Of a stretch of DNA of 64,000 bases, positions 14,201 to 27,715 are shown piece after piece. Source of the DNA: Adineta vaga (lineage: Eukaryota; Animalia; Rotifera); assembly GCA_021613535.1 (NCBI GenBank), contig CP075493.1:17484001-17548000 (forward strand), given 5' to 3'. The notes under the pieces are model-generated. The model saw only the letters and a program-made list of their open reading frames with translations. It had not been told where the DNA came from and ran no database searches. The position numbers and the translations under genes were made by a program. The stretch's first letter is position 1; every line of letters starts with the position of its first letter.

Positions 14201-15964
14201 ATATTTCTCAATATATATTCTACTAAAAAATGCATTAGAAATGTTAATAAGAAAAAGAAAATGAAAGAAATTCAAAATTTACTAAAAATAAAATATATTC
14301 GTTATTATTTTTCTATCAAACCACATTTAACTGTTTTGTAATACTATAGTTACATATCTAATAAACTTATAAAATAAACGAAATAATTAATAACAAGATT
14401 AATGTATTGAAATGAAATTATCAATGATTTAAATATGTTAATTACAAGAAGAATGAAAAACAAGTTTTAATATTGAAAAATTAAAAAATTATTTATATGA
14501 AAAAGTTATTCATTATATTTATACAAATATATAAATTGAAAAAAAGATTATTTGTTTAGAAAAAATATGTTCTATCGTATATTTACAAGAGAATATTCAT
14601 TTTCATACACGATTATTCTACCGCGTAGGTGTGTCATGTTAAGAAAAATACTAAAATAAATGAATAGATTGTGTAGTTTTTATCAAAAGAGATTTAAGAC
14701 AAAATATAATTAGATTAGAAAAGTTCGTATAGAACAAATATGTATTTTCGTAGCAATAACTTTCCTATGTCGATTATCTTCGAAAAGAAGAAAACAAATC
14801 ATTCATCTAATATTTTTCCATCATTATACAATTGGTATCATTCTAAGATCTTATCTGATATCTTGAGGGTGTGAGTATTTCTATTTAATTCTTATCCTTA
14901 CCAGTAATGAATATAAACCATTATTATGTATTTATTCATCTGTTAATAATCGTAATCATAATAGACGGAATAATAATATTAATTAATCTTTCATATAATT
15001 CGCTTATTGTTTGTAGAGTGACATTCTTTTTCTTACTCTTTTATTTTCATCATCTGATAAGATTTTTTTCTATATTTTATATTCATATGCATCAATTTCT
15101 ACATATATATATAAATCAAAAACTATTTCAATTGAAAAACATCTACCATAATGTTTCATTCGTATCAATATCGTCAAAATACGATGTTATTTATTTTAAT
15201 CATCATAGAAAGAAGACAAAAAACTTTCACTCTTCGTATATACATTGATTTCTATGACTTATTAATTGACGATATCATAGATAATAATAATTCACTACAA
15301 ATGATTTTTTTTCTCATTTAAGAATATAAAAAAAGAAATTGAACTAAGACAGGACGACAACGATACTATTTTTTTCTCTTTCATCACAGTGAACTGATCT
15401 ATTATATCAATGAATTCAACGTTTTTTTATCGATCACGTCTATTCCCGTAGAGATCTGTACCAAAAGAATCGTTTTTCTGTGAAACACGATCTGAAAGAG
15501 TCTTGAAGTGTTTAAGGGCAGAAACTTGCACCCATCCCCCCTCCACAGACCGTAATAGATCTACGTTAGCATAAGATCACAACTCTCAGCTGTGCCGAAG
15601 GAAAAGAGATAAGAACGCGTGTCAATAATTTGCCCCCTCCCTCCCTCTCTCTCTCCGTGCTCGTTTTCATACTAAATTTAAAGGAAAAAAACCATTAAAT
15701 CGTGTGTTGAAGACCTCGATAGACTTTTATCAGAAATCGTAACAGATATTGGATTTATAAGATGTGCGGCATAATCATGTTTCACACTTTTAATCCCGCC
15801 AGAGACTACGCTGAAAGCTTTTTTTCAATTATTGAATTTGTAACTTCGACATTTATCTCTTTTTGAACATGCACATCACTTATAAAACTAATGAATATTA
15901 TATTAATAACGTATGAAGACACCTTTCTCTTTTCAATGAAAATTTCTTTTTCTTATAATTTACT

Positions 15965-16978
15965 TCATTGTGTTTTAGTAACTCTTGGTCGAACAAATCT
16001 CGTTTCCATCTGTATTGATACAATTGCTGTTCGACGATTGTTCGTACATTTGATCAATCTTTTTAAATTTGTTTTAAGATCTGGTATAGAGAATAGACAA
16101 ACGAAAGGAAATAATAATGGAATAATAGAAATAGTAAAACTGAAAAAGTCAAAAATTGAATATATCCATGAATCGGGAAAAATATAATACAATATGTAAA
16201 GTATAAAATATGGTAAAGTAAATAATAAATAAAGAGATGAAATTAAAATAAATTGAAAAATCATTGTACGATATTTTCGCCAATTCATTGATTGTCGAAG
16301 ACGTATTTTTGATCGATAAATTCGATAAAGAAGTGCACAATTACAAATACTGATAAAGAAAGTTGTAAACATAATATGAAAACCTGTTTCCCATACATCA
16401 ATAAGTTAATTGTTGTAATAACATGGTTGATAACAATTATTATTTTCAAAATCTACGACATCTTCACATGGATATATAAATAAAGCATAAATATAAAATA
16501 TTGAAATATAAATAAGAATAATTATTGGGGGGAAATAATGAAAATAAAGATTTTTCCATTTCTGATTGAATATATGAGAATTAAATATGAGAAAATGTCG
16601 TTCAAGTGAAGACCAAGCAAGTATAAGATTCATTGCATAAAAAAAAGAAAATTCAATAAATAACCAAACTAAATAAAATCTCTTAGTTTTTTTCACAAAT
16701 GGATATGATGCATAAGAATCTGCAACAAGTGAAATATCAAATACAGTTAAGATAAATGAAAGAAATAACATAATAAGAACAGTATAATTATTTGGAGATG
16801 AACGAAGTGTTTTGTTTGTAATCATACAAGAGAATGTTAATAGATGAATAGGAATAGATGGTATAATCAATGATATCAATAAAATATATCTTCACATATA
16901 AGAAAAGATCAATTCATAACTTTTGGTTTCATTATTCTCAGTAGTAATATTCATTATATCAGATAAGTTAAAATCCAT
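15965..16978 (-). pseudogene. Intronless rhodopsin-like 7TM GPCR with two in-frame stops
   Basis: One frame from ATG 16978 with TGA at 16892-16894 and TAA at 16406-16408. Motifs LAWSSLERH, LPY and FPFVCL; multiple hydrophobic helices. Confidence 0.8.
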
Positions 16979-17756
16979 AATATTTCTTTTATTAAATTTG
17001 TCTAGATAAATCATGAAAATATACGAAGAAAGCTTTTTTTTTCTAAAGTATTATAATAGAATGAAGTCTTTTTCGAGAATTCAACATCTATTATATAAAT
17101 TTTCTCTATTTACGGATGATTACTAATGAAGTCAATTATGTGTTCAAGAAGATAAAGAAAAATAATATAGATGAGATTTTATCATATTGTTAAATGAATA
17201 TATATTATATCTTGAAGGTGATAGAGTGTCATTTAATGTTTCAATTGAAAATAATCGTTCTTTTACATTGTGTTTGTATGTAGTTTGGATTAGATATATT
17301 ATCAAATAAATCATATTTAACAAAAATGAGTTACTTTACAAAAGATATCATTTAAATAATATCTTTAATATTTAATAATATTTAATTTAATAAAAATATC
17401 AGATATGTTAATAAACAAGTTGTATTATGTAAAAGTTCTTTAAACTTTCTCTCTATGTTGAAAATAATCAATGTCAATTCTTTTTCTTATTTTTAAAAGA
17501 TTTAAAAAGAAAAGATTAAGTATATTGTTTGTTCGATATAAAATTAAAATAGATAAATCATTTTAAATTAACTATATTTATTATTTTATTTTTCAATTCA
17601 AATGAAACATTACTTTTATTTTTTAGATTTACAAAATCTATACTTCCTACTATTTCGTAAAAGTACTTATAAAGAGTTATAAAAGATAAAAAAAAGCGTC
17701 ATTTATGATCCTTCAACGAGTAGGAAGTGATGTCTATACTTATATAAAGTATTTAA

Positions 17757-18569
17757 ATGTTGAAACATATCATTCTTTTAATCAATCAAATGTTTCGTAA
17801 CGTTATTATATCTCTCAATACAAAAAGTGTATTTATTACATTCAAACATTTTCTTAGTACAACACAATTATATTATCAAACATATAATGAACATCAGTTT
17901 CAACCTAATACAAAATTATTCGATGAATTAGTTCATATTGCTTCACCTTCTTATCAAAATCCATTTGAAACAGTACTAAATGCCGTTCAAGGAAGTAATC
18001 AATTGTATATAATCCATCATATAGAACAAAATAGTCCAATTCTTTGTTATAGTCTTGTTCAATATGGAAAAGAAATTACTCTTCTCAATCATCATCAAAA
18101 GATTCCAGTTGTCTTTTATCGTTTTGTTATAATGAATAATAAATATAAAAATACTGGTGTAATAATAAAATTATTCGAATATTTTTATCATCAAATGCAA
18201 AAACAAAAAGAAAAACAATCCGAATTACCATTATTGTTCTATTATACTACAGCTACACCATCAATTATTTATTTAACTGATCAAATTTTTAAAAATACAA
18301 TTCCAGCGATCAATGATTATTACAGAAAATTTACGGATGACGAATGGCATATTGTAAATGAACTTCGAAGATTAAGAAATTGGCCAATAGTTATGAAATC
18401 TTCAAATATTAATCCATTTGTTATCAAAGGTATTATGAAAGCACGTTATTCAACAAGTGAACAAATGAGAATTGAGAAGATTATGAAAAAGACTAATTAT
18501 AAAATGTTTCAAGATTTAAATATTAATGAAATGAATGGAAATCGTTTATTAAGATATACTTTTATTTAA
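17757..18569 (+). CDS. Intronless 270-aa hypothetical protein, possibly GNAT-like fold
   Basis: Long open frame in very AT-rich DNA with protein-like composition. Function not recognised. Confidence 0.7.
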   Translation: MLKHIILLINQMFRNVIISLNTKSVFITFKHFLSTTQLYYQTYNEHQFQPNTKLFDELVHIASPSYQNPFETVLNAVQGSNQLYIIHHIEQNSPILCYSLVQYGKEITLLNHHQKIPVVFYRFVIMNNKYKNTGVIIKLFEYFYHQMQKQKEKQSELPLLFYYTTATPSIIYLTDQIFKNTIPAINDYYRKFTDDEWHIVNELRRLRNWPIVMKSSNINPFVIKGIMKARYSTSEQMRIEKIMKKTNYKMFQDLNINEMNGNRLLRYTFI

Positions 18570-18901
18570 TCAAATCATTTTATATTTGATAATTATTCTA
18601 ATAAACAAGAAATTTTATTGAGAAAAACGTGTATTTAAGGGTGAGGATGTTAGGTGAATTATTAAAGTGTTTCATCTCTATTTACATCCTCAAAATATCC
18701 TTTATAAATGAAACGTAAATTTGTTCTATATCTATTTTATGTAAAAATAGATCACCTAAAGATAAGAAGTATATAGCGACAGTTTTTTCCTTCGATGCAA
18801 TGTTTCTTGCATTTAATCTTTGCTATGATAAAAGAACATCATTGAAAAGTATTTTCAAACAATATATTATTTTTAAATAAAAACTGTTGATGAAATAAAC
18901 T

Positions 18902-19631
18902 ATGAACAACAATCAAACGTATTGCTTAACATTTATGATAACATGTCTTTCTCTACTGTTAAAACTTATTACTCTCGCGACAGCGGCACCGACTACAAAT
19001 GTCACTACGATGACAACAACAAAAGCATTATTCACGAATCTTCAGCGAACAGGTAACCTTTAGAACGAGTGAGGATGGACGAAAGTGCCTTTATTCTCTT
19101 CATACCCTCAAGAAAAAATGCAATAAATTTTGTATTGAGTGGGAAAAAACGACATTTGTTCTATATAATCTTGAGTGTATCTCGACTCTATTTAGGATGG
19201 TTTAATGCTAATAACATGTATAATGGTCGAGCACTTCATACAGCATCCTTATTAGCAGATGGAAGAGTATTAGTTACTGGTGGTGACATTGGTCAGAGTA
19301 TTATAAATGGCACGGAATTGTATGATCCATCAACAGGAAATTGAACAATTACTGTTAGCATGAAAGACTCACGAAGTGGTCATACAGCATCAGTATTAAG
19401 AGATGGAAAGTATTAGGTACTGGTGGAATTAGCAGTGGCCCAGATCGATATCTAAAGAGCGCTGAAATATATGATCCATCAACAGGAGTTTGGACAACTA
19501 CTAATAGCATGCAGTATGCTCGATTGTGTCATCAAGCAACGATTCTAAAAGATGAAGGAGTATTAGTTACTGGTGGATTTGATGATGGTGAATATAAATA
19601 TCTAGACACAACTGAATTATATCGGTATTAA
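18902..19631 (+). pseudogene. Secreted kelch/galactose-oxidase-type repeat protein, disrupted
   Basis: Signal-peptide exon 18902-19052, then repeats RALHTASLLADGRVLVTGG…ELYDPSTG. W-to-TGA at 19342-19344 and a frameshift near 19410. Confidence 0.8.
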
Positions 19632-20089
19632 TAAATAGAAATTTCAATTGATGGTGAAGTGACATTTTACACAAGTTAACATTATAAACAGATTTGCATC
19701 GTTTCTATAATTATATATTTCTTTCAGTCTTATTTTACTAATCATGAATCCTTTATGTCTATTCTTTTCAGCATGGATATGTGTGGGTAAAGGTAGTACT
19801 TTTAAACATCAATTCCATTCTTATGATAAATTTTAACATAATATCATAAAGAAGAACAATAATACTAACAGAGTAAATCAAGATGAAATTGTCGGAGACT
19901 AATGAACTTTTATCACATGTATCATAGAATATTTTTAATGCTTCTTCTTCATTTAAATTATCATACTCATGTGTTTCTAAATACACCGAAGGTGAGGTAG
20001 ATTACACAATCTCTGTTTTCAATGGTGCATCGTCAGAATCACTTGTTGTTGTTGTTGTTGTTGTGAATATTGATCCCGATGTTGAAGTA

Positions 20090-20595
20090 AAATACTGGTC
20101 ATCAGCTGATACTTGAATTGAAATCTCACGAAGAATCATATTATCATTATTTCCATTAAGTCGTTTTTCTACAGCAATAAATGCTTTCTATGAAGATAAA
20201 ATATTGTATTTGAGAGATAATTGAATAATAGATTTCTTTCTTGTTTGATCTTGAAAAACGTGATTGTAACGAACTTTTATTGATTTCTTTCGCATATTCT
20301 AATTAAAGAATAAGTACTTTAACATAGTGAGACGTGAAATTGTTCTACTATTCTTTATGATAGAGATTTGATCAAAATGAGCTTTACTTAATTGATAATT
20401 ATTTTCATTCAAACAAAATCCTACAGAGAAATTTTCATCTAAAGATAAGGTAATCATAGTATTTGTAAGACCGCAGATGCTTAAACGATCATTAGCATAA
20501 ACTGGCGGCAATTGAATAGGTACTGTGATAACATTATTTGCATCTAGATTTTATTTAGCTCGAATATCAGTAATACTTGGTTATCAAACTCTTTT
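20090..20595 (-). pseudogene. VWA5A-like C-terminal fragment
   Basis: Reads PSITDI…VPIQLPPVYANDRL…TISRL…LSLKYNILSS*KAFIAVEKRLNGNNDNMILREISIQ, with stops. Confidence 0.65.
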
Positions 20596-20729
20596 TAATT
20601 ATTCTTGTACATATATATCTACTCTTTCATGAGATGAAATGAAAACAAATCGAGGTGAAGATAACTGATTATGAATAAGAGAGTTTAAATGTATTATATT
20701 ATTCCGTTGAGATAAGTTGATGGCGATAT

Positions 20730-21140
20730 CATCGAGCTGAACGTGATCGAAAATGCGTCGAGCGACTACCTTCCACAGCGTAGTAGATATCCGAATGTCG
20801 TTGACCTGACCAATAATCCGAGAGTAGAAGCGATTTGTCTGGTACGAACGGACAAAGAACATGATTTCGTCAATACTCGACAAATGACCTAGTCTGTTTT
20901 CCAGAAGAATTGCATGTAACCACGACGTTTGAGGCAGAATCTTCCATCTGATGGCGAGTGACTAATTTTGTAATTTCTCTGGGGCAAATGCGGTGGCGAT
21001 GTTTAAAGTTTGCCAACCACTGTTCCGATGCCTGAAAATTAAGAATTGAATCTTCAGCAGCCTTTTGAAGCGCCCACCGCCTCAAATCATGATCGTGGAC
21101 TGGAAGGGCACGTTCTCGAGCGTCCTCAAACTTGTCATTA
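20730..21140 (-). mobile_element. Internally deleted pogo/Tigger-like transposase relic
   Basis: CENP-B-like HTH segment LPVHDHDLRRWALQKA…FQASEQWLANFKHRHRI, fused to DDE-region text NVVVTCNSSGK…EY*RNHVL…LLLSDYWSGQ. Confidence 0.75.
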
Positions 21141-22308
21141 ACTAAGATGAGCGAGGAATCAGAAAAGTTGAGATATATTTCCTCCTGAGATGATTATTTT
21201 AATCTAAAACTATTCGTATTCATTATACTTGTGTTTTTCGATACATGTGGTATTAAGCCAAAAAAGTCATATATTATTTCATAACTTGAATATCCAAAAT
21301 CTCAGGAAAGAAAGACCACGGGAAGGAGCAGTTCCCTCGTAAACTACATTTTTCAGTAAAGCTCCTTAGATAATTTGATAATCGGGTGTGAAGTCTTTTG
21401 GCTTTTTATAGCTGTCGTGTTGTACGACCATTACAGTGTGATCATCGAGAGATAAAAACTGCTAAAAAGACACCACACCATTAAAAGATATTATACGATG
21501 ACAACGATGCGTCCATGGTTTTTTTCGTTCAATAACGTGCGTGCGGCGTAATCACGATTGTTCGTTACACTTTGATGGTTTTGCTAATCGTTATATACGT
21601 CTCTCTTTCTCTTGCTCCTACTATTATATACAGCTCTCATTCATTCATGATACATTCATAGATAAAGAATAAGAACGATCGTTTTTTATTTTACGCTTAG
21701 ACATTAAAACGAACTAAAAGATGTACTAGTGTCCCATTATTATATGAAAATTTGTCTAGAACAAGTTTAACATTCTGTGGAAAAATTTCATAATTGTTAG
21801 TACACTATATTAACATAAACCGACTGAGTAAGTTTTTTCACCTCGATTCTTTTTTTTTTCATTCAGTATATCGACTGGTCTTGTTTTCCAGAAGTCAATT
21901 CTCGTTATTATTTGTGTTTATTGTGTGCTCTCATAAATAGAGAAAGTTGTTGTTTGTTTTTTCTTCTCATTAACAGATGTGGAAACGACATAAACCGTAT
22001 CAAAATTCTACGATAAATTCAATTATAGCGATTATATTAGTGTTGTCTTTCAATGCACATGGCAAAAGACAACTTCTCGATATTCGTTTATGATCACAGT
22101 CTGACTTTATACTATCGATTCCAAGCCCTAATGATAAAAGAGGAAGATTAAGCGTCGAGCAAAGAACTCCATCTTGTAAAAAACAGAAATTCCTAGAGAA
22201 ATGAAGACTAGATAGATCATCAAACTTCGTTTTATCTCCACTTTTCTTGTAATCATAATCGAAGATCAATTCATCTTCTCTCGCTCAATCATTTATAGAT
22301 CTATAATC

Positions 22309-24524
22309 ATGACCGATCAAAAAGATAGTTCTACTGCCGTGGCAGCCGATGTCCTTAATGAAAATAGTACACATGGCAAGAACAATAATGTAAACAGAAA
22401 AGATACTTTTATGATGAAAACACTTTATAAAATTTATCCTTTTAGCAAAAACTTACCGATAAGTCAATGGTAAATTTGATGAGACAAATGACGCTTGCCG
22501 AACAAACTGCTGCTAACAACAATGGATATGAAGCGAAATATGACGAAAAGGCAGCATCAAGACAAGAATGGAAATTTTGGCAAACACAACCTGTACCGAC
22601 GATTGGTACAAAAATTGATACAACTAATATTGGACCTATCGAACCAAATAAATCAATAGATGAGCTACAGCAAGAACCGTATAAATTACCCGATGGTTTT
22701 TCTTGGAATGATATTGATGTTGATGTTGGTGAACAAGTATATTGAGAATTTGTATGAGGATTTAATAAATGACATACCTTTTTTCTAGTTAGAGGAATTG
22801 CATACGTTCTTGGACGAAAATTATATCGAAGATGATGGTAATGATTTTCGATTGAAGTATTCAATACCATTTTTACGATGGTAATTTACATACAATGGAG
22901 ACAAAATAACTTCTTTTTAAATATATTTTGATCTTTTTAGGGCTTTATGTGCGCCGGGTTGGCTTAAAAAATTCCATGTGGGAGTTCGTATAACTAAAAG
23001 TGGTAAATTGGTTGGTTTTATCAGTGCGGTACCGATCCGAATGAGAGTCTTTGATAGGTAATTATAATTAATTCGTCTTAGCTTTTTTATTCATTTCGTT
23101 AAAAAAAAATCATCAGGGAATTACCAATGGTAGATATAAACTTTTTATGTGTTCACAAAAAGTTACGACTTAAACGCTTGTCACCCGTACTTATCAAAGA
23201 GATAACGCGTCGTGGACATTTGGAAGGATTTTTTCAAGCAGTATACACAGCTGCCCCTTTCCTACCTGGTATTGCCAGCAAATGTAGGTACGAATCGTTT
23301 TCTAATTTTCTTTTTTGAAAGACGTAAAGACGTCGTCTGTTCGAATATTTTCTACACATTTGAATCTAGATATTGGCATCGATTGCTCAATGTTAAAAAA
23401 TTGTTGGCCGTCAAATTTTCCTTTTTGGGACGAAATGTGACAGTGCAACGAATGCAAAAACTTCATCGATTACCTGAGGTCTGTAGAACGGATAGAGTTC
23501 TTCGTCTTAAGGATTTGGAATGTGGATGAAGATGAAAAAAACTCCCACACCCTCGATAACAGCAGAGCAACTTGATTTTGAGCTGAATCGATTTTCTTCT
23601 AAAATAGATAGTATCGTTCGAACAGTGCTCGGAATGAGTAGTATAGTCGTCCGGCTCGAAAATACTTTTTAATCGATTGTGCTTATCGTGTCGAAGTTAA
23701 GCCGTTCATATAGTTTTTAAACACTATCCACCGATAACTACATTTGCATAGATAAAATGCCACTTGTCAACGTAATTTAGCGTCTAATACGTATATATTG
23801 ATAATGTATTGTTTTTCAAATAGACTACACAAGTGGAAGGTTTTCGTGAAATGCGTGATGATGATATACCTCAGGCTTGGAGATTACTCACTCAAGTATG
23901 TTACTTTTCTCTTACGCTGTTTTTTCGTTATATTTTATTCCTCAATTAGTATCTAACAAAATTCCATCTGGCACCGACATTTTCCCTGAACGAATTTGAA
24001 TATTTATGTAAAAATCGACCGAACATCATTAGCGCATTCGTTGTTGAAGTAAGAAAAAACTCTCATCATTATTTGATTGGATTTTTTCTCTCGATAGAGT
24101 GATCAAGGTGAAATAACTGATTTCATATCGTACTATCATTTGCCATCGACAATTATGAATCATCCACAATACAAGGTATTGAATTCATGCTACATGTATT
24201 ATTATGCTGCCAGTCGAACACCATTGACCAATCTCGTCAATGATTGTCTTGTACAAGCGCACAATGTAAGGAGTAAAACGAATATTCTTTTAATTTTAAC
24301 AATTTTTTTCAAGAATGGTTTCGATGTGTTCAATGCGCTCGATATAATGGATAATAAAGAATTTATAGAAAAACTTAAATTTGGTGGCGGTGATGGCAAT
24401 ATCCAATATTACATTTACAACTGGAAATGTCCATTGATACCTGCCGAAAAAGTTTGTTTTGCTTTTTCAATGTTCATGTACTCATTTTTGTTTTTCCTTT
24501 TAGGTTGCATTGGTACTTCAATAA
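22309..24524 (+). CDS. NMT: Glycylpeptide N-tetradecanoyltransferase (N-myristoyltransferase), multi-exon
   Basis: Motifs [66 protein letters not shown]…YIYNW; ends VALVLQ*. Confidence 0.97.
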
Positions 24525-24753
24525 TAGACTTATTTAACATTGTTATTTCATTTTTTTTCTTCTCTTCCTCTCGTTGCTTTTTTAAAATTCATTTCTCATA
24601 TCTAAAAATTCAAGAATACGGAAGAATCAAAAACTGCAGAGATGAAAACTAAAGATTGATAATCAAGAATAGACCTACACTAAAATATGGATATGAGTAG
24701 ATGAGTTTGCTGACAACATAAAGATCAGTACTCACTCCTACACCCATTATTAT

Positions 24754-24823
24754 CTTGAGGGTGTGTGTGTGTGTGTGTGTGTGATATTGTTATTGCTTTC
24801 TAATACACCCTCACCCACCCTTG
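24754..24823. repeat. Telomere-like hairpin element with (GT)n expansion
   Basis: tcttgagggtgtgtgt…acaccctcacccacccttga. Confidence 0.75.
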
Positions 24824-25289
24824 ATCCATTACAACCATTTGGAAATTTAATCACTCAACATAGTGGAAAATGTATTCAAAATCATTTGAAACTCATCACG
24901 AATCTTGAAACAAATACAAAATATATTTTAGTTGTATAATAACATATGATCCACATATAAGAGGAAATTTTACGATATTTATATGTGGTGAAGATCATAT
25001 TACAATCAATCACTTCGGTGTGTTTTCTTTTTGAAAATTACTCTTGTATATAACAAACTATTTTTAGATTCAAAACAACAAAGTTGTTCTGTTGGAAATC
25101 GTTGTAACTTCACTTGATGAGATTTTACGTGACGAAATTTAACATTAACAAAACAATCAATTTCAATTCAAATAAGTTTTGTTTTAATCATTCTGATATT
25201 TTTCATCAATTTTTGGTTTTCTGTTCTTATATAGTCAGATTAATGTCTTGACAACAAGTTTTTCTCTATTGTGATAGTTGGCTCAATGC

Positions 25290-25697
25290 TTATATTGATA
25301 ACACAGAAAATATTCTAATAGAAGAAGTCGTATCAGAAGAGAATAAAACATCAGTAAATACACTTCATAAAAGTACAATAAATTGACATGTTTGGTGTGT
25401 TATTTATTATTCTTCCTCTTCAATTCAAACTTATAAAGAACATGTTCTTCACCAATTTTATGAACATAAACAATTAATCATTAGTCCTATAGGATTATTA
25501 ATCTTATCAATGCCTCGTTTAATCATTTCATCATTACCTGGATGTATAAGAACATCACAAAACTTATGTTTATATCGTATGTCTTATTTCTTTTCATTTA
25601 CACCATGAATACTTATCTTTATCGTACTTTCAAATACGTATATGAAATCATTTAAAAATTTTCTTACGACTTGTCAACATCAAACACATCAATAATC
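25290..25697 (+). pseudogene. Fragment of a GPCR-like 7TM C-terminus (EGF/LDLa-GPCR family)
   Basis: EHKQLIISPIGLLILSMPRLIISSLPGC…LYRMSYFFSFTP*ILIFIV, with stop and deletions. Confidence 0.55.
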
Positions 25698-26895
25698 TAT
25701 TATAGATTTGATTTTGAACTTTTGTTATATTAATCATAATGACGAATTCTCATTGATATTATTCTTAATTATTATTCGAGATCTTTTATCTAGCCTTGAC
25801 AATCTTTGATCATAACATATATTAATTATTAATAATTTATAATTGTTCATGATGAATGTTTGTAATTGTTATAGTTTGAAAGAATATATTTACGTATTTT
25901 TTGAACAAACTAATCTGATAATTTGATAATTTTACGAAAAGAAAACAAAAGAAATATTTGATTAGAATATATAATTAAATTGTCAATATTATGTGAATGT
26001 CGAAGTTTTCTATCGTTTAGTTTATAGTTCAATTATTGATATGATTTACTCGATTTCATCATTGAAGATGTGAGTGTGAATATTATAAACAGTACGAACA
26101 CACCCTCAACATATCCCAGAAACCTTCCGGGTGGGCTCGCCTATAGAAGGCATACATTTTTGTAATATAAAGATTAATTTTTTGCAAAAACTTTTTAACA
26201 TTAGGGTGAGTTGAGTCCACCCCTAGCGTTGCCACTAAAGATAATATTATTGATGAACAGCGTATTTGGTGTATTGTTCAATATTCCTATTCAATTAATA
26301 AATATAAATACATTTATATAAAATGATTTCATTTCTAAATGGTTCTATGAAATCACCACATCATTGATGGTTATTTCTTATTGGATATTTTATTTTATTT
26401 GTACCATCGATGATGACATTTATTGCATATATTATAGCATCAAAAACATATAAACAGGAATTTAATATTGTTATTAGAAAAACTATATGAAGATTTCGTT
26501 CAACTAATTATTCGTTACGAACTATTTTATTGTACTTCATGAAAAAATACAATCAGTTCTATTTTGACGACGTAGATGTGAGTTTTTTTTCATCTCTTAC
26601 TCACATCTATACTTTTGCATTGTCTTATCGCATCTGTATTTATCAGTTTTTTTAACAATGTATGCAAGAAAAGAAAGAATATGTCGATAAACAACAACAT
26701 ATGACTATGTTGAGGGATTGAATATGGATGAGCGTAGATGAGAATCATAATTAGAGTTTATTTTTAAATGAAATCAAAGATAAATGTATTATCTGATTCA
26801 TAATTTTATTGATTCACGATTAATATTTGAATTCTAATTTTAAATATAATTAAAGCACACATAGAAATATTTATGTGACGAGAAATGATTGATCA

Positions 26896-27215
26896 CTACT
26901 GTGGATCGAGTTGTAATCTATGAATAGCCACTACACCATATGGTGGTTGACCTATAACTTTCTTGTGGTCATTTGGATCAACATATTTGAGTGAAGCTTT
27001 GGTATTACTGAATACAGCTATATGATGCGTATTAGTGTAAGCAATAAGAAGTGAAGAAGGATGAGATATTATGGCAAACGATGTGAATTCACCTGAACCA
27101 CCATATTGAATGATGTGAGCTCCGAGCTTGAAAGGTTCTGTATCTGTTAAAGGCACAGGAATTAATCGAAATGGAATACCATTCATCGCAGAACCAAAAT
27201 TTCGAAAAATGAATA
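26896..27215 (-). CDS. Last exon or fragment of an unknown protein
   Basis: 96-aa ORF with coding-like composition in AT-rich surroundings. No family recognised. Confidence 0.4.
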
Positions 27216-27371
27216 CACTGAAATTGATAATAACAGTCTTTTACTTTATCTTTATTTTATAGAATACAAAATAAAGAAAAATATTTTCGTGAAAGAAGTA
27301 TATATCCAAATACTGTGTATAATAGTATAGAATATTTTAATTAGTATTCTTTCTATTCACCATCAATACTT

Positions 27372-27444
27372 GGGTGGGTGTGGGTGAGGGCGTAGATGTG
27401 AGTGAAACAGATATACCCACACCCTCACCCATCCCACCCTCAAG
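27372..27444. repeat. Telomere-like hairpin element
   Basis: gggtgggtgtgggtgagggcg…cccacaccctcacccatcccaccctcaaga. Confidence 0.85.
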
Positions 27445-27715
27445 AGAAAAGTCATGTAACTTGTTTTCTCCCAAGCCTTATTGTTTGTTGGAAAGAAACG
27501 ATCGAGTAATGTGGCGACAGGAACAAAACAAAGAATTCTATAGGTTCACAGAAAAATATCTACACCACGTAACAAAAACAATAAAGAGCAAGCAAATATT
27601 TATCATACGACACACTTACGTGTTATTACATGACGTGGCATATAATACGGTCTGCATTATTTTGACGCATATGAAAAGGTAAGAAGCGTCTGGTTGACTA
27701 ATACGAGAAAATAAG

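Noticed and set aside
14907-15248. 113-aa ORF
   Set aside because: I/F/Y/N-biased translation of AT-rich intergenic DNA.
15965-16978. Stop-codon reassignment or readthrough explaining in-frame stops
   Set aside because: All three stop types occur, frameshifts co-occur in other relics, and intact genes use TGG for Trp and normal stops.
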